Shown: positions 1-9,815 of the stretch, piece after piece
Layout: each line of letters starts with the position of its first letter
How positions within the stretch are numbered: the stretch's first letter is position 1
Source of the DNA: a virus
Virus genome (UHGV): UHGV-0194282
Direction: 5' to 3' (one strand)
DNA: 15,247 nucleotides
The notes under the pieces: generated by a model
Seen by the model: the letters and a program-made list of their open reading frames with translations, nothing else
Told to the model about the DNA's origin: nothing
Databases searched by the model: none
Made by a program: the position numbers and the translations under genes

Positions 1-330
1 GTTCCACTTCTGAAACTCCCCTTCCGGCGATAACCAGGTAACATTTTCCGGTAACGGACCGAGTTCAGAAATAAATAACTCGTCCCCTGACGCTACGTCA
101 TAAACCGTTTTCCCCCGATGGTCTTCAACGAGATGCCACGATGCCTCATCACTGTTGAAAACAGCCACAAAGCCAGCAGGAATATCTGGTGGTGCAATAT
201 CGGTACTGTTTGCTGGCAGACCTGTATGAGGCGGAATATATGCGTCACCTTCACCAATAAATTCATTAGTTCCGGCCAGCAGATTATAAATTTTTATGGT
301 CCGTGCTTGTTCACTCATTCTGAATGCCAT
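1..330 (-). CDS. tfa: Tail fibre assembly protein Tfa, N-terminal ~110 codons; 3' end lies beyond the window
   Basis: Minus-strand translation from the ATG at 330-328 reads [54 protein letters not shown]..., near-identical to lambda Tfa as I recall it. The start overlaps the stf stop (TAATG). Not in the ORF track because it runs off the window. Confidence 0.88.
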   Translation of the reverse strand, partial: MAFRMSEQARTIKIYNLLAGTNEFIGEGDAYIPPHTGLPANSTDIAPPDIPAGFVAVFNSDEASWHLVEDHRGKTVYDVASGDELFISELGPLPENVTWLSPEGEFQKWN

Positions 331-3300
331 TATGCAAGCCTCACAATATAGTTAAATGCGATGTTTTTGACGGTGTTTTCCGCGTTACCCGCAGCGTTAA
401 CGGTGATGGTGTGTCCATGTGAACCAATCGCAACGGAGTGCGTATGCGCACCAATACCTACAGTATGTGCATGTGCGCCAGAACTTGCTGCAGTACCAGA
501 CAGCGAGTGGGTATGAGCACCTGCTGACTGTGTCTGAATACGTTGATAATACGATCTATAGGAAGAAGTCTCCGGGCTTACTTGATACTGTGAATTCTGG
601 ACATAAGTGAACCCACCGCCATCATAAAATGCTAACGCAGAACCGCCGCCTCCTGGCCAACGAATACCATTACCATGAGTATGAACACCGGCAGACCCCG
701 TAGAGCCACTCAGACTGTGCGTATGCGCCCCGGTGTTATTCGTGGATTTAGTGCCGTAATCAAACGACGATGTGGTTTTCGTCCCCAAATCCGTACTGGA
801 TGCGCTGGCGCTGTGGGTGTGCGATTTTATGCCGTCCTGTTCCTGAGACAATACGGCCCGGCCACTAGCGGGTTTGCCCTTGATTGTCCAGCCGCGCATA
901 TCTGGAATAACACCTGAAGGATAGGCAATAGCCAGTTTCGGATATGCTGCCTTATCAAACGTCTGCCCCTGCATGATCGCATAACCTGCAGGTGGTGTAT
1001 CTGATGGCCACGGCAGCGGAACACCTGGCGGAAACGCTTCAATATTTGCCGAGCCGTCAAATTTTACGCCGTTAATTGTCCTTGCAGTTTGCAATTTGGT
1101 TGCTGTGCTTGCATTACCCGATAAAGATCCAGTGATACCACCACTCGCGTTTAATTTAGTTGCAATTGTAACATTGCCAGTATGGTTACTAATTATAAAC
1201 GGCCTTAAGCTATTGTGCGTACCAAGACTGTTACCCGAATCTGTCAACATAAAATATGTGTTTGATCCATCATTTCGGATAAAGAATCCATAGTTGCCAT
1301 AGGCAATACGCAGACCATTTGCTGACCTTGAAATAACCTCACCAGCAGCAGTTAAACCACCTGAAAGAGTCCCTCCAGTTAATGCCAATGCCCCAATATT
1401 TGAAGGGGTCAATGTGATATTTGCACTACCATCAAATGACACACCGTTAATCGTTCTGGCTGCCTGAAGTTTCGTAGCGGTCGCAGCATTACCTGTAGTG
1501 TTTTGATTACCGGTAGCGTTGACTCCAGGCAAGTTGATATCTGCCGATCCATCAAATGCCACGCCCCCAATCTTACGTGCTGTCTTGATCTTGGTCGCAG
1601 TATCTGCGTTTCCGGTCAAATTACCAGTAACACTACCACCAACTTTTAGTCCATTACCGATGGACACCAACCCTGATCTTAAGTTTATAGAGAATGGTCT
1701 TAATGAACCGATGTCTCCATTTTCCCCCTCCCCTTCATTAGTCGGAATAAGATGAAGATGATCTTCGGAACGCCTAAAAATAAGGCCAAAGGCTTGGTTG
1801 AATATTCGAAGAGCATTTATCGTGCTGATTTTTAACTGCCCTCCCATTGTGTCGCCAGTTTTTTGAACTGAACTATCTTTAACAGTTTTAACTGCCTTTG
1901 GCGTTGCCGCCAGCTTTTCACTGGTGCTGTTTGTTGCACTGCTGAGCTGTACTATCCCCTTTTTCGTCGTGCTCGCATCCTCCAGCGCCACGGCGGATGC
2001 AATATCCTCTGCCCGTTTTGCTGCTGTCTCGGCGCGCGTTGCCGCGGATTCAGCAGCAACTTTGCTCTGAGATGCAGCCGTCGCACTGCCTGCCGCCTCT
2101 GATGCTTTCGCTGTTGCTGTCGTGGCACTACCTTTCGCTGCTGACGCTTGTCTGGTCGCCTCATCTTTTGAAGCAGACGCAGATGATGCCGATGACGCCG
2201 CTGAACTGGCTGACGATGCGGATGCCGCCTTAGAGGAAGCAGCATTGTCTGCTGAAGTCTTTGCATTTGTTTCAGAGGTTTTTGCTGCAGAAGCAGACCT
2301 CGCTGCTGCAGTGGCTTGCTCAGTGGCTTTGCCAGCCTTCGTTGTGGCTGTTGAAGCGGATGATGCGGCGCTTTCTGCCGATTTTCCGGCGGCGGTGGCA
2401 CTGGCTGAGGCCTGCCCGGCACTTGTTGACGCGGCACTGGCAGATAATGCAGCCGCTGTTTTTGAACCTGCCGCAGCTGAGGCGCTCTGTCCCGCTGCTG
2501 TTTCAGAAGACTTAGCGTTCGTCTCGGACGTTTTTGCCGCCTTCGCGGAATTTCCTGCCGCCGTTGCCGAGGAAGCTGCACTACTGGCACTTGATGATGC
2601 ATTCGTTTCTGAAGATTTCGCTGCCTCTTTTGAGGCCGCCGCACCCCGTGCCGAGGTGGCAGCTTCTGACGCCTTCGTGGTCGCTGTGGATGCAGAAGTG
2701 GCTGCCGATTTTTGTGATGCTGCGGCATTCGTTTCTGACGTTTTCGCGGCACTGGCGCTGGTAGCTGCCGCGCTTTTTGATGACTCTGCAGCAGCAGCAC
2801 TTTTTGCTGCTTCACGGGTCTTTGTCGATGCCGTTCCTGCGCTGGAAGACGCTGACTGAGCCGACGACGCGGCCTGTCCGGCTGACGTGCTGGCGGCACG
2901 TGCTGAGGCTGCAGCATCGGTTGCATGAGTTGCCGCCTCGCTGGCTGATGCACTGGCATCGCTGGCTGATTTTTTCGCGGCTGCCGTATTCTGTGCAACC
3001 GCGGAGGCGTTACGTGACACCTCTTCCACCATCTGCTCAAAGCGGCGCAGTGCCTCCGGTCGGACATCATCCTCCGTCATGGCACCGAGAAAATCATTCA
3101 GCGTACCTGATCTGGAACCTTCATAGACGGTAATGGTCCCGGCATGTGAAGGCGGAAAACCTTCAACCAGCAGGGTGACGCTGTACTGGCCATGCTCAAC
3201 ATCCATGCTGTAACGTCCGGCTTCATCCGGATTTTCAGAGGCCACCGTGTTCACCACCACCGTGCTGCTGGTTCGTCTGGCCTTCAGCACAATGGTGCAG

Positions 3301-3356
3301 TTCTGTACTGGTTTTCCTGTGCCATCTTTAAGCACGCCAGAAATTTTTACTGTCAT
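330..3356 (-). CDS. stf: Side tail fibre protein Stf (1008 aa)
   Basis: N-terminus [22 protein letters not shown]... and C-terminus ...[31 protein letters not shown] match lambda Stf. Ala/Ser/Thr-rich central rod, three tail-fibre repeats, His-rich C-terminal motifs. Confidence 0.93.
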   Translation of the reverse strand: MTVKISGVLKDGTGKPVQNCTIVLKARRTSSTVVVNTVASENPDEAGRYSMDVEHGQYSVTLLVEGFPPSHAGTITVYEGSRSGTLNDFLGAMTEDDVRPEALRRFEQMVEEVSRNASAVAQNTAAAKKSASDASASASEAATHATDAAASARAASTSAGQAASSAQSASSSAGTASTKTREAAKSAAAAESSKSAAATSASAAKTSETNAAASQKSAATSASTATTKASEAATSARGAAASKEAAKSSETNASSSASSAASSATAAGNSAKAAKTSETNAKSSETAAGQSASAAAGSKTAAALSASAASTSAGQASASATAAGKSAESAASSASTATTKAGKATEQATAAARSASAAKTSETNAKTSADNAASSKAASASSASSAASSASSASASKDEATRQASAAKGSATTATAKASEAAGSATAASQSKVAAESAATRAETAAKRAEDIASAVALEDASTTKKGIVQLSSATNSTSEKLAATPKAVKTVKDSSVQKTGDTMGGQLKISTINALRIFNQAFGLIFRRSEDHLHLIPTNEGEGENGDIGSLRPFSINLRSGLVSIGNGLKVGGSVTGNLTGNADTATKIKTARKIGGVAFDGSADINLPGVNATGNQNTTGNAATATKLQAARTINGVSFDGSANITLTPSNIGALALTGGTLSGGLTAAGEVISRSANGLRIAYGNYGFFIRNDGSNTYFMLTDSGNSLGTHNSLRPFIISNHTGNVTIATKLNASGGITGSLSGNASTATKLQTARTINGVKFDGSANIEAFPPGVPLPWPSDTPPAGYAIMQGQTFDKAAYPKLAIAYPSGVIPDMRGWTIKGKPASGRAVLSQEQDGIKSHTHSASASSTDLGTKTTSSFDYGTKSTNNTGAHTHSLSGSTGSAGVHTHGNGIRWPGGGGSALAFYDGGGFTYVQNSQYQVSPETSSYRSYYQRIQTQSAGAHTHSLSGTAASSGAHAHTVGIGAHTHSVAIGSHGHTITVNAAGNAENTVKNIAFNYIVRLA
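1040..1625 (-). repeat. Three copies of a ~27-aa phage tail-fibre repeat (GNxxTATKLQxARTINGVxFDGSANI) inside stf
   Basis: Translations of about 1040-1125, 1421-1500 and 1534-1625 give [55 protein letters not shown] and [28 protein letters not shown]. Confidence 0.7.
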
Positions 3357-3375
3357 ACTTTTCCACCAATAAAAA

Positions 3376-3403
3376 AAGCCCGCAGCAGTGACGCCACGGG
3401 CTT
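3376..3403 (-). terminator. Intrinsic terminator-like hairpin between lom and stf
   Basis: 7-bp stem aagcccg (3376-3382) / cgggctt (3397-3403) around a 14-nt loop; on the minus strand the stem is followed by a run of seven U (3371-3377 are A on +). Confidence 0.45.
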
Positions 3404-3507
3404 CAGGACAGTGTAACTTTACGTTTCCTCAAACGCAGTTCACCCCATAAGGTGGATGAACCTGCGTATCATAACAATATTTACAGAAGATAAATCGGCG
3501 TCTGTTG

Positions 3508-4107
3508 TCAGAAACGGTATCCGATACCAACAATAAATGCATCCGTTCGCCAGTCGCCACTACCGGAACCTTCATAAGCAAGGTCAATGGTTACGGATTC
3601 GGTCGGGTTAAACTGCACGCCAGCCCCCCACGCCAGAGACGTGTTGCTGTGGCGACCGTCATCACTTCCGGTCAGCACATCGTGCGTTTTCCCCTTGTTG
3701 TCAGTTACGCGGAGATAATCCCCGGAGAAAGTCGACACACGGCTGTAAGCCACACCCACCATCGCATACGCGCTGAACCATTCATTCACGCGTACAGACG
3801 GCCCCGCCATCACGCTGAACCAGCGGTTACGCACGGAATCTTCATGCCAGCGGGTATCGCTGTAGTGCGTTTTTTGCTCATCCTCAGCATTGGCATAACT
3901 GAAGGACGTAATCAGCCCCAGCGCGTCCGTAAACTCATAACGGTATTTCACGTTAATCCCGTTCAGATTATCGCTGCCGGGAGCGTTCGTACGGGCATGA
4001 AGATACCCCGCGCTCAGTGTGGACTGATGTTCAGACGCCCATGCAGGCGCACCGGATACGGACAGACAGATGGCTGCGGACAAAATGGCTGCACAAACTT
4101 TACGCAT
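3508..4107 (-). CDS. lom: Outer-membrane protein Lom (Ail/Lom family beta-barrel), 199 aa with signal peptide
   Basis: MRKVCAAILSAAICLSVSGAPAWASEHQSTLSAGYLH...IVGIGYRF matches lambda Lom almost along its full length; C-terminal aromatic residue typical of OM beta-barrels. Confidence 0.95.
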   Translation of the reverse strand: MRKVCAAILSAAICLSVSGAPAWASEHQSTLSAGYLHARTNAPGSDNLNGINVKYRYEFTDALGLITSFSYANAEDEQKTHYSDTRWHEDSVRNRWFSVMAGPSVRVNEWFSAYAMVGVAYSRVSTFSGDYLRVTDNKGKTHDVLTGSDDGRHSNTSLAWGAGVQFNPTESVTIDLAYEGSGSGDWRTDAFIVGIGYRF

Positions 4108-4131
4108 AATTACCTCTCGCTTTTCTGCAAT

Positions 4132-4155
4132 AAAAAAGGCGCCATTTCTGGCGCC
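4132..4155 (-). terminator. Intrinsic terminator between J and lom
   Basis: GGCGCC (4138-4143) / GGCGCC (4150-4155) 6-bp GC stem with a 6-nt loop; on the minus strand it is followed by U6 (A6 at 4132-4137 on +). Confidence 0.55.
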
Positions 4156-4174
4156 CGTATTGGGGTTATAAAAT

Positions 4175-7100
4175 TCAGCTAATCGTGATGCCTGCAGTGG
4201 CTTTCTTCATCACAACAACCAGCAAATCGCTGATACTTGCTGTGGGATACCAGCCATTTACCCACCATGCTGATACAGAAAACTCCAGCGTCATGTGGCC
4301 GCGACCAGCAGGCATATCAATAACACCACTGTAAATCAGCGTATTATCCAGCGCGGTACGGTTATAAATTTCAGCACCGTTTTTCCGTACTATCAGGCGG
4401 CATGACGAATAAGTATCGCTGTTCTCCCGCTCATGTCTGGCACCGCTGAAAGCCACCGCCGGAATAACAATCTGCCGGTTAAACGGCTGATCGTCATAAA
4501 CCCTGACGGTAATGGTTCCTGATGGCCAACGCTCCGGTGCACGGGAGTCACGGGGGAAAGCCTTACCCACTGTTTTAACGAGATCGCCTTCAATCTGGTT
4601 TGCAGACAGTTTCCCTCTGATGACACAGTTCTCGTTAATGGTGACATTATTGAGCGTGCCGGTATTCGCCGTGATGGCTCCACTGATATCCGCATTGCGG
4701 GCTGTCAGCCTGCCATCCGGCGTCAGGGAAAACGTAGGAGGATTGCCGGATGACGTGATGCTCACCGCAAACAGTCGCTTCAGGAACACGTCGTTCATGA
4801 ACAGCTGATTCCCCTGCGCCACAAACAGCGGCGTGGTGTTGCCGTTCTCCGGGGTAATCATCGCGATACGGTCCGCCTGCAGCAGAATACTGCTCAGCGT
4901 CTGACCATCAACATCCTCAATCCCCGCGCCAATCCCGGCCACATAGGGAATACCGTTTTTTGTTTTCTGCACCTTCAGCATATACATGGCATTCAGCTCA
5001 TTGCGCGTGTCTGACTGAACCCGCTGGATTTGCTGTATGGTCACGGCCTGGTCACCCAGCTTTTTATCCGTGGTCGAGGTAATTTCACTCCCTTTTTTAT
5101 CCACGTACTGGCGGACCTGTGCTATCTGTCGGGCGTTTTCTGACTGCCCCTGGCTGACAGTCTGTGAGATTTCACTGCTCACCCGGTCCACTTTCTGGCT
5201 CACCTGCGCGATGGCCAGTGTCTGGTCCTCATTCTTTTTCGCAACCAGCTGCGTGAGGCTGTTTTCCGCCTTCCCGATTTTCCGGGTCACTTCTGCGATA
5301 TCCGTGTCCATCCGCTGACGGATGTCTTCTTCCAGTTGCGTGACCTCCGTACGCAGCGCTGAAGCATCAATGCGCTCTTTCAGTGCCTGGCCCAGAAGCG
5401 TCTCATCTATCAGCCCCCGGAAAATTTCCAGATACCCTTCACCATCATTGCTGGGCTGCCCGCTGGCTTCCACAAAAGCAGATTTTCCCACCAGGTTGAC
5501 GCTTCGCACGTAAAACCAGAAATCCGTCCCCGGCTTAATCCGGCTCCCATGGACAGTCCACTGACTGCCGGTCCCCAGATAACGGGCAGATTTTTCCACC
5601 TGTGCTGTGTTCGTGATGCGTTTTTCTGAGAACCAGAATTCAAACTGTACCGTCGGGTCATACACCGCAAGACGCGGGACCGCCGTTATCTGAAAATACC
5701 CCGGCGTCAGCTCAATGGTGGCGGGTTTTGCAGGTGCGTTAATCCTGAACGTGGTGGTGGCCGGTTCGCCCTGCTGGCCATAACTGTTAATCGCCCTGAC
5801 CGTCAGGGTGTATTCCCCCAGTGGCAGGCCGCTGAAACGGTGCTCCGTGTCTGCGGTGCTGGCGGTGCTCACCAGACGGCTGTCTTCTCCGCTTCCGCTG
5901 GTCAGACGCAGACTGAAGCGCACACCCTTCACCACCCGCGGCGTGTCCCATTTCGCCTGTGCCAGATACTGACCGTCAGCTGCACTCACCTCCACCGTCA
6001 GGTGCTGCACTGCCGGTGGGATAACGCTGTTCAGGGTGCCTGACTGCGGCTCAAAGCGGGCCCCGTTATCCACGATGGCTTCTTTTTCAGGTACGTGCTG
6101 CACCGCCGTGATGGCAAAGGTGCCGTCCGTGTTTTCCCGGATGGAGACACAGCGGAACAGGCGACGACGCAGTGACGGCAGGGAGAGTCCCCACACACCG
6201 TATGTCTCCACACCATCCGGCAGGGTGCTGACCTGTATCCGGTCAGGCGCGGGGTGTGCGGTGATGGCCACGCTCGCCGGCTTACCGCTGCCGTTAATCA
6301 GATTAACAGTGGCCGTGCCGGTCTCCGGCAGTGTCACCTCCCGGTCCAGCGTCAGGGTACGGCTGGCGGCATCGATGGACAGGACACGTCCGCCGGTCAT
6401 GGTCCCGGCATAGTCGTTATCACAGATTTCAATGATGTCACCGGGTGTGTGACGCAGCCCCTGTGACCCGAGCGTGAAATCCACCGTCTGCGTTTCCAGC
6501 AGTTCGGTCTTTATCACCCACAGCCCGGCACGGTGGGCCTGACCGCGGCTGGTACAGCCGAACGCGTCCATCTTCAGCAGGTTGCGTCCGTAGCGCAGTA
6601 TGGCTTCCGGGTCTTCCACCAGTTCCGTGGAGGTCTGCCAGCCGTTCTGCGGGTCGGTGTAATTCACCTCCACTGCCGTGTGCCGGTCCTTCAGGGCACT
6701 GAAGCTGTAGCGGAAACCCACGCCGTTATCATCCACCACCACATCGCTGTTGGTGTACGGCCACACCACATCCGACGGACGGTCCTGAACGAACGTCAGC
6801 GTCTGGCCGTTCCATACCGGCATACAGCGCATCGCAGAGCAGAAATCACTGAGAACGTCCCACGCCTTACGCTGTTGTGCCAGGTACGCATTAAAGGTCA
6901 TCCGCGGCTCGGTCCCCCCGAAACCATCCGGGGCCGTCTGGTCGCAGTACTGCCCGATGGCATACAGCGCCCACTTGTCCACATCCGCCGCCCCCAGACG
7001 TTTTCCCATGCCGTAGCGCGGGTGAGTCAGCATGTCCCACAGACACCAGGCCGGGTTGTTGCTGTATGCCGGTTTCAGGCTGCCGTCCCAGATACCACTG

Positions 7101-7867
7101 TACGTGCGTTTTTCCGGGTCATAGTTTGACGGCACCTGGATGATGCGACCGCGGATATGGTAGTTCACCGTCATCTGCTGGCCGCCGAACTGCTCCGCAT
7201 CCACCTGCAGCCCCACAATGGCCGTGTTCGGGTAGCACTGTTTCACATCGATGATTTCGGTGTATGACGACCACAGCGTCTTATTCTGCAGCTGGTCCGT
7301 GGTGCTGTCCGCCGTCTCCCTGACCATCCGGATGTTAAAGGGCCGGGGAGGCAGATTATCCAGAATCACCGAGGCCAGGAACTGCGAGGTGGTCTTGCCG
7401 TTAATGGTGACATCCTTTTCCGTCACCCAGCGGCCATTACGCTGTAACTGAATCAGAATCCGGACAGAGGAAGGATTACGGTCGCCCTTTGACGTGGTCT
7501 GCACCAGTGACTGCACCCCGAAGGTAACCCGCAGGCGGTCAATGTTCGCGGACGTAATGGTGCGCGTCACCGGTTTTGCCTTCGTCACTTCCACGCCCAG
7601 TCCGGTTTCAGCACCGGAGGACTCAAAGCCTTCCGGTGGTGTCTGCTCCTGCTCCCCGGCGCGCCAGACCGCCGTCACACCGTGTATCACGGGATTACCG
7701 TCCGTGTCCGTCAGCGGGGTTTTGTTCACCAGGATACTCTGCAGTCCCTTCACCGGACCTTCTATCGGTCCCTCACCAATCGCATCAATCACGCTCATCA
7801 TCTGCGTGGATTTGAGATTATCCTTCGCCTCACGAGGCGTGTGTGCCTTACCGCCACCTTTTCCCAT
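4175..7867 (-). CDS. J: Tail tip / host-specificity protein J (1230 aa)
   Basis: [22 protein letters not shown]... and long colinear similarity to lambda gpJ. Shine-Dalgarno GGGGAAGG upstream of the ATG. About 100 aa longer than lambda J, with an expanded coiled-coil segment and a divergent C-terminal ~150 aa. Confidence 0.95.
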   Translation of the reverse strand: MGKGGGKAHTPREAKDNLKSTQMMSVIDAIGEGPIEGPVKGLQSILVNKTPLTDTDGNPVIHGVTAVWRAGEQEQTPPEGFESSGAETGLGVEVTKAKPVTRTITSANIDRLRVTFGVQSLVQTTSKGDRNPSSVRILIQLQRNGRWVTEKDVTINGKTTSQFLASVILDNLPPRPFNIRMVRETADSTTDQLQNKTLWSSYTEIIDVKQCYPNTAIVGLQVDAEQFGGQQMTVNYHIRGRIIQVPSNYDPEKRTYSGIWDGSLKPAYSNNPAWCLWDMLTHPRYGMGKRLGAADVDKWALYAIGQYCDQTAPDGFGGTEPRMTFNAYLAQQRKAWDVLSDFCSAMRCMPVWNGQTLTFVQDRPSDVVWPYTNSDVVVDDNGVGFRYSFSALKDRHTAVEVNYTDPQNGWQTSTELVEDPEAILRYGRNLLKMDAFGCTSRGQAHRAGLWVIKTELLETQTVDFTLGSQGLRHTPGDIIEICDNDYAGTMTGGRVLSIDAASRTLTLDREVTLPETGTATVNLINGSGKPASVAITAHPAPDRIQVSTLPDGVETYGVWGLSLPSLRRRLFRCVSIRENTDGTFAITAVQHVPEKEAIVDNGARFEPQSGTLNSVIPPAVQHLTVEVSAADGQYLAQAKWDTPRVVKGVRFSLRLTSGSGEDSRLVSTASTADTEHRFSGLPLGEYTLTVRAINSYGQQGEPATTTFRINAPAKPATIELTPGYFQITAVPRLAVYDPTVQFEFWFSEKRITNTAQVEKSARYLGTGSQWTVHGSRIKPGTDFWFYVRSVNLVGKSAFVEASGQPSNDGEGYLEIFRGLIDETLLGQALKERIDASALRTEVTQLEEDIRQRMDTDIAEVTRKIGKAENSLTQLVAKKNEDQTLAIAQVSQKVDRVSSEISQTVSQGQSENARQIAQVRQYVDKKGSEITSTTDKKLGDQAVTIQQIQRVQSDTRNELNAMYMLKVQKTKNGIPYVAGIGAGIEDVDGQTLSSILLQADRIAMITPENGNTTPLFVAQGNQLFMNDVFLKRLFAVSITSSGNPPTFSLTPDGRLTARNADISGAITANTGTLNNVTINENCVIRGKLSANQIEGDLVKTVGKAFPRDSRAPERWPSGTITVRVYDDQPFNRQIVIPAVAFSGARHERENSDTYSSCRLIVRKNGAEIYNRTALDNTLIYSGVIDMPAGRGHMTLEFSVSAWWVNGWYPTASISDLLVVVMKKATAGITIS

Positions 7868-7970
7868 ACAGCCTTCCCCTGAATAAATTAACCGCCACTT
7901 GCCATTCCGTACAGAAGTCGGATATCCTTCGCCCGAAAAGCATGAAACACATTTCTGCCATGCTAAAGAG

Positions 7971-8008
7971 AAACCCCGGTATCAGCAGATACCGGGGTTT
8001 TCTTTCAT
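7971..8008. terminator. Bidirectional terminator-like hairpin in the I-J spacer
   Basis: 13-bp stem aaaccccggtatc (7971-7983) / gataccggggttt (7988-8000) with a 4-nt loop; T-rich on the + side (ttttctttc) and U-rich on the minus side. Confidence 0.45.
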
Positions 8009-8072
8009 GCCCACCGATAATCCTGTTGGTTAAAACCGGTAATGGCATAAAAATTCTGAATATCTTCACATT

Positions 8073-8100
8073 TTCACAAACTGACTGTGGCGCGTATAAT
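8073..8100 (+). promoter_or_regulatory. Sigma70-type promoter candidate: TTCACA, 16-bp spacer, TATAAT
   Basis: -35 TTCACA at 8073-8078 and a perfect -10 TATAAT at 8095-8100, pointing rightward into a terminator about 70 bp downstream. Confidence 0.45.
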
Positions 8101-8106
8101 TTCTCT

Positions 8107-8203
8107 GCGTTAATTTTTTTGTCGTGATATAAGAATAATTCCTTACACTTAATCTTCGTAACTCTCCCGCAGTTCCTGTCCGCGATCACTGCGGGATTTT
8201 TTT
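8107..8203 (+). ncRNA. Candidate prophage small RNA (~97 nt) antisense-oriented to the tail operon, in the I-J spacer
   Basis: Bounded by the promoter at 8073-8100 and the intrinsic terminator at 8165-8203. No ATG or plausible ORF inside. AU-rich body with A-R-N-like stretches (AAGAAUAAU), then terminal hairpin and U-tract. Confidence 0.4.
8165..8203 (+). terminator. Intrinsic terminator, + strand only
   Basis: 9-bp stem tcccgcagt (8165-8173) / actgcggga (8188-8196) followed by TTTTTTT (8197-8203). The reverse complement has no U-tract after the stem. Confidence 0.55.
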
Positions 8204-8210
8204 ATTCTTT

Positions 8211-8891
8211 TTACCCCTGCCGCCCGATAACCACGACCTTTCCGCCCCCGCCTTCATCACGGGTGCTGATGTCCTGGGATATACGGCGGGAGCCAACCAG
8301 CATTTCCCCGTAAGGCACCGGCATCGGGTTCCCCTGGGCAATCATGTTATCCAGTGAGGAAAAGTACGTGTTCTGTCTGCCGTTATCCGTTGCGCGGTAA
8401 TCCGGTGTTTTTGCCTTCGGGGCCAGCATCTGGGCCACACCGCCCAGAATCATGCTGGCTCCAAGTGAAAACAGCATCGTGGTGGCAGAAAAACCACCGG
8501 CTGCCAGGGCTGAACCCCATAACGCCATTGATGCCCCGGCAGTGAAGAAAGAGCCCACGATGGCTGCCGCCCCCAGCACAATCTGCAGTCCACCCTTTCC
8601 GACCCCGGCCAGTCGCGGCACAATGTGGATGACCGTTCCCTCACCCAGCTGTTCGTGAAGACGGGCGTACACCGCCTCCGGTGCCGTGTCATCACCGGCA
8701 ATACGTATCTGGTACCAGCCTTCGTTCATCTGACGGCGAAAGCCCGGCATCTGCATCGACAGGGCGCGAATGGCTTCCGCTGCCGTGTTCACATACAGGC
8801 TGAGGCGGCGGCCAAATCGTTGTAAATCCCCGTGAAGGCAGATGCGTGCCAGTGGCGGTGACGCCAGACTGAATGCGTTCGTCGTTGCCAT
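8211..8891 (-). CDS. I: Tail assembly protein I (226 aa)
   Basis: MATTNAFSLASPPLARICLHGDLQRFGRR...QNTYFSSLDNMIAQGN matches lambda gpI; overlaps the upstream K fragment as in lambda. Confidence 0.93.
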   Translation of the reverse strand: MATTNAFSLASPPLARICLHGDLQRFGRRLSLYVNTAAEAIRALSMQMPGFRRQMNEGWYQIRIAGDDTAPEAVYARLHEQLGEGTVIHIVPRLAGVGKGGLQIVLGAAAIVGSFFTAGASMALWGSALAAGGFSATTMLFSLGASMILGGVAQMLAPKAKTPDYRATDNGRQNTYFSSLDNMIAQGNPMPVPYGEMLVGSRRISQDISTRDEGGGGKVVVIGRQG

Positions 8892-9057
8892 TTTTCGGAA
8901 TACCTCTCCCGTTTACTCAGTTGTTCAGGCAGATGGTGAAGCAGCTCACCGTTGCCGCAGTAAATGGCGGCATGGTTCGGTACCGAAGCACCAAAGCAGC
9001 ACAGCAGAATATCGCCCGCCTGTGCAGAGGACAGGGGCACCCGGTAAAAGCCGGTGC
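8789..9057 (-). pseudogene. K: Tail protein K, C-terminal ~88-codon fragment (5' part deleted)
   Basis: ...TGFYRVPLSSAQAGDILLCCFGASVPNHAAIYCGNGELLHHLPEQLSKRERYSEKWQRRTHSVWRHRHWHASAFTGIYNDLAAASACM matches only the C-terminal part of lambda gpK (~246 aa); the N-terminal part with the metalloprotease motif is absent. Confidence 0.85.
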
Positions 9058-9270
9058 CTGTGCCGGTAAAAACACCTCAATATGCAGTGTGGCCCGCCAG
9101 GTATCTGCATCCAGCTCTTCACCGGTATACTCTGCATCCGTCAGATAAACCGCGATCGCAGGAAAATCCTCTTCGTCAAAAACAACGGGGCGACCATCAA
9201 ACAGCGTCGCCCCGTGTTCATGCTGCTCGAGTGCATCCAGCACTGCAGCACGGATATCAGTGTGTTTCAT
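9058..9270 (-). pseudogene. U: Tail protein U, N-terminal ~72-codon fragment fused out of frame to the K remnant
   Basis: MKHTDIRAAVLDALEQHEHGATLFDGRPVVFDEEDFPAIAVYLTDAEYTGEELDADTWRATLHIEVFLPAQ matches lambda gpU residues 1-72, then the frame runs into K sequence. ATGA overlap with the Z stop as in lambda. Confidence 0.85.
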
Positions 9271-9800
9271 CGTTTTATCGCAATCCTCAGTTGTTGTTTC
9301 AGCGCGGATGCCAGTTCTCCGGGCAGGCGTTCACGCCGGATACGGTCAACATTCTCATCAAACGCCTGTTTCAGTGGGGCCGCCATCGGGATTTTCACCA
9401 CATCAATAGGGTAACGGTTTTTCCCGGCCACACGCTGCATGACATGCCAGCGACCGTTTTTTAATCGCTGAATGAATGCCCGCTGATACCGATGCTGACC
9501 GGCTTTAAGTATGCTGTTCGGACGACGGCCCAGCATCCTGATCCCCAGCTTAATCACTGGAAGATCACCGCGGTTAACGATAATTTTTGCGTTCGGATTT
9601 CTGACCGTCGCCCGTTTCAGTCTGGACCGTTCCTTAACCAGTTTCCGGCGTACCTTTGTCTCCCGGGCAACCTGTGATGAAGACTGATTAATCGCCGTTG
9701 TGGCCACGCGGTTAATCGTCATTGCTGAAGCCGCCGGAATGGCGTTTTTACGAACCCGGCTCAGATTATCAATCGCCTGATCAAGCCCTTTTATCGCCAT
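9267..9800 (-). CDS. Z: Tail protein Z (177 aa)
   Basis: MAIKGLDQAIDNLSRVRKNAIPAASAMTINRVATTAINQSSSQVARETKVRRKLVKER...RIRRERLPGELASALKQQLRIAIKR matches lambda gpZ; Shine-Dalgarno GGGGGA upstream of the ATG. Confidence 0.9.
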   Translation of the reverse strand: MAIKGLDQAIDNLSRVRKNAIPAASAMTINRVATTAINQSSSQVARETKVRRKLVKERSRLKRATVRNPNAKIIVNRGDLPVIKLGIRMLGRRPNSILKAGQHRYQRAFIQRLKNGRWHVMQRVAGKNRYPIDVVKIPMAAPLKQAFDENVDRIRRERLPGELASALKQQLRIAIKR

Positions 9801-9815
9801 AATTTCCCCCTGCGT

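Noticed and set aside
1952-3070. 372-aa minus-strand ORF (Pro/Arg/Gln-rich) and overlapping + strand ORFs 2122-2859, 2261-2515, 2534-2764, 2777-3133 inside stf
   Set aside because: Alternative-frame readings of the GC-rich, low-complexity Ala/Ser/Thr-coding part of stf; the translations are compositionally absurd, and the stf frame is the one with lambda similarity.
3505-4182. 225-aa + strand ORF antisense to lom
   Set aside because: Covers lom and both flanking terminators; the lom frame has the lambda similarity and a signal peptide.
6533-7129. 198-aa + strand ORF and other + strand ORFs (5037-5318, 6036-6413, 7494-7886) antisense to J
   Set aside because: Antisense frames within a well-supported, GC-rich gene; no start-site context.
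7848-8189. 113-aa minus-strand ORF and 94-aa + strand ORF (7843-8127) across the I-J spacer
   Set aside because: Both run through the hairpin terminators and the promoter, lack ribosome-binding sites and have non-protein-like composition; the spacer is better explained as non-coding.
9041-9071. 9-bp direct repeat ttttaccgg at the U-K junction as the recombination substrate
   Set aside because: Recombination between two repeats would leave a single copy; both are present, so the repeat is noted but not taken as the deletion mechanism.
8789-9270. Intact gpU or gpK genes
   Set aside because: Each matches only part of its lambda counterpart and they are joined out of frame; called as fragments.
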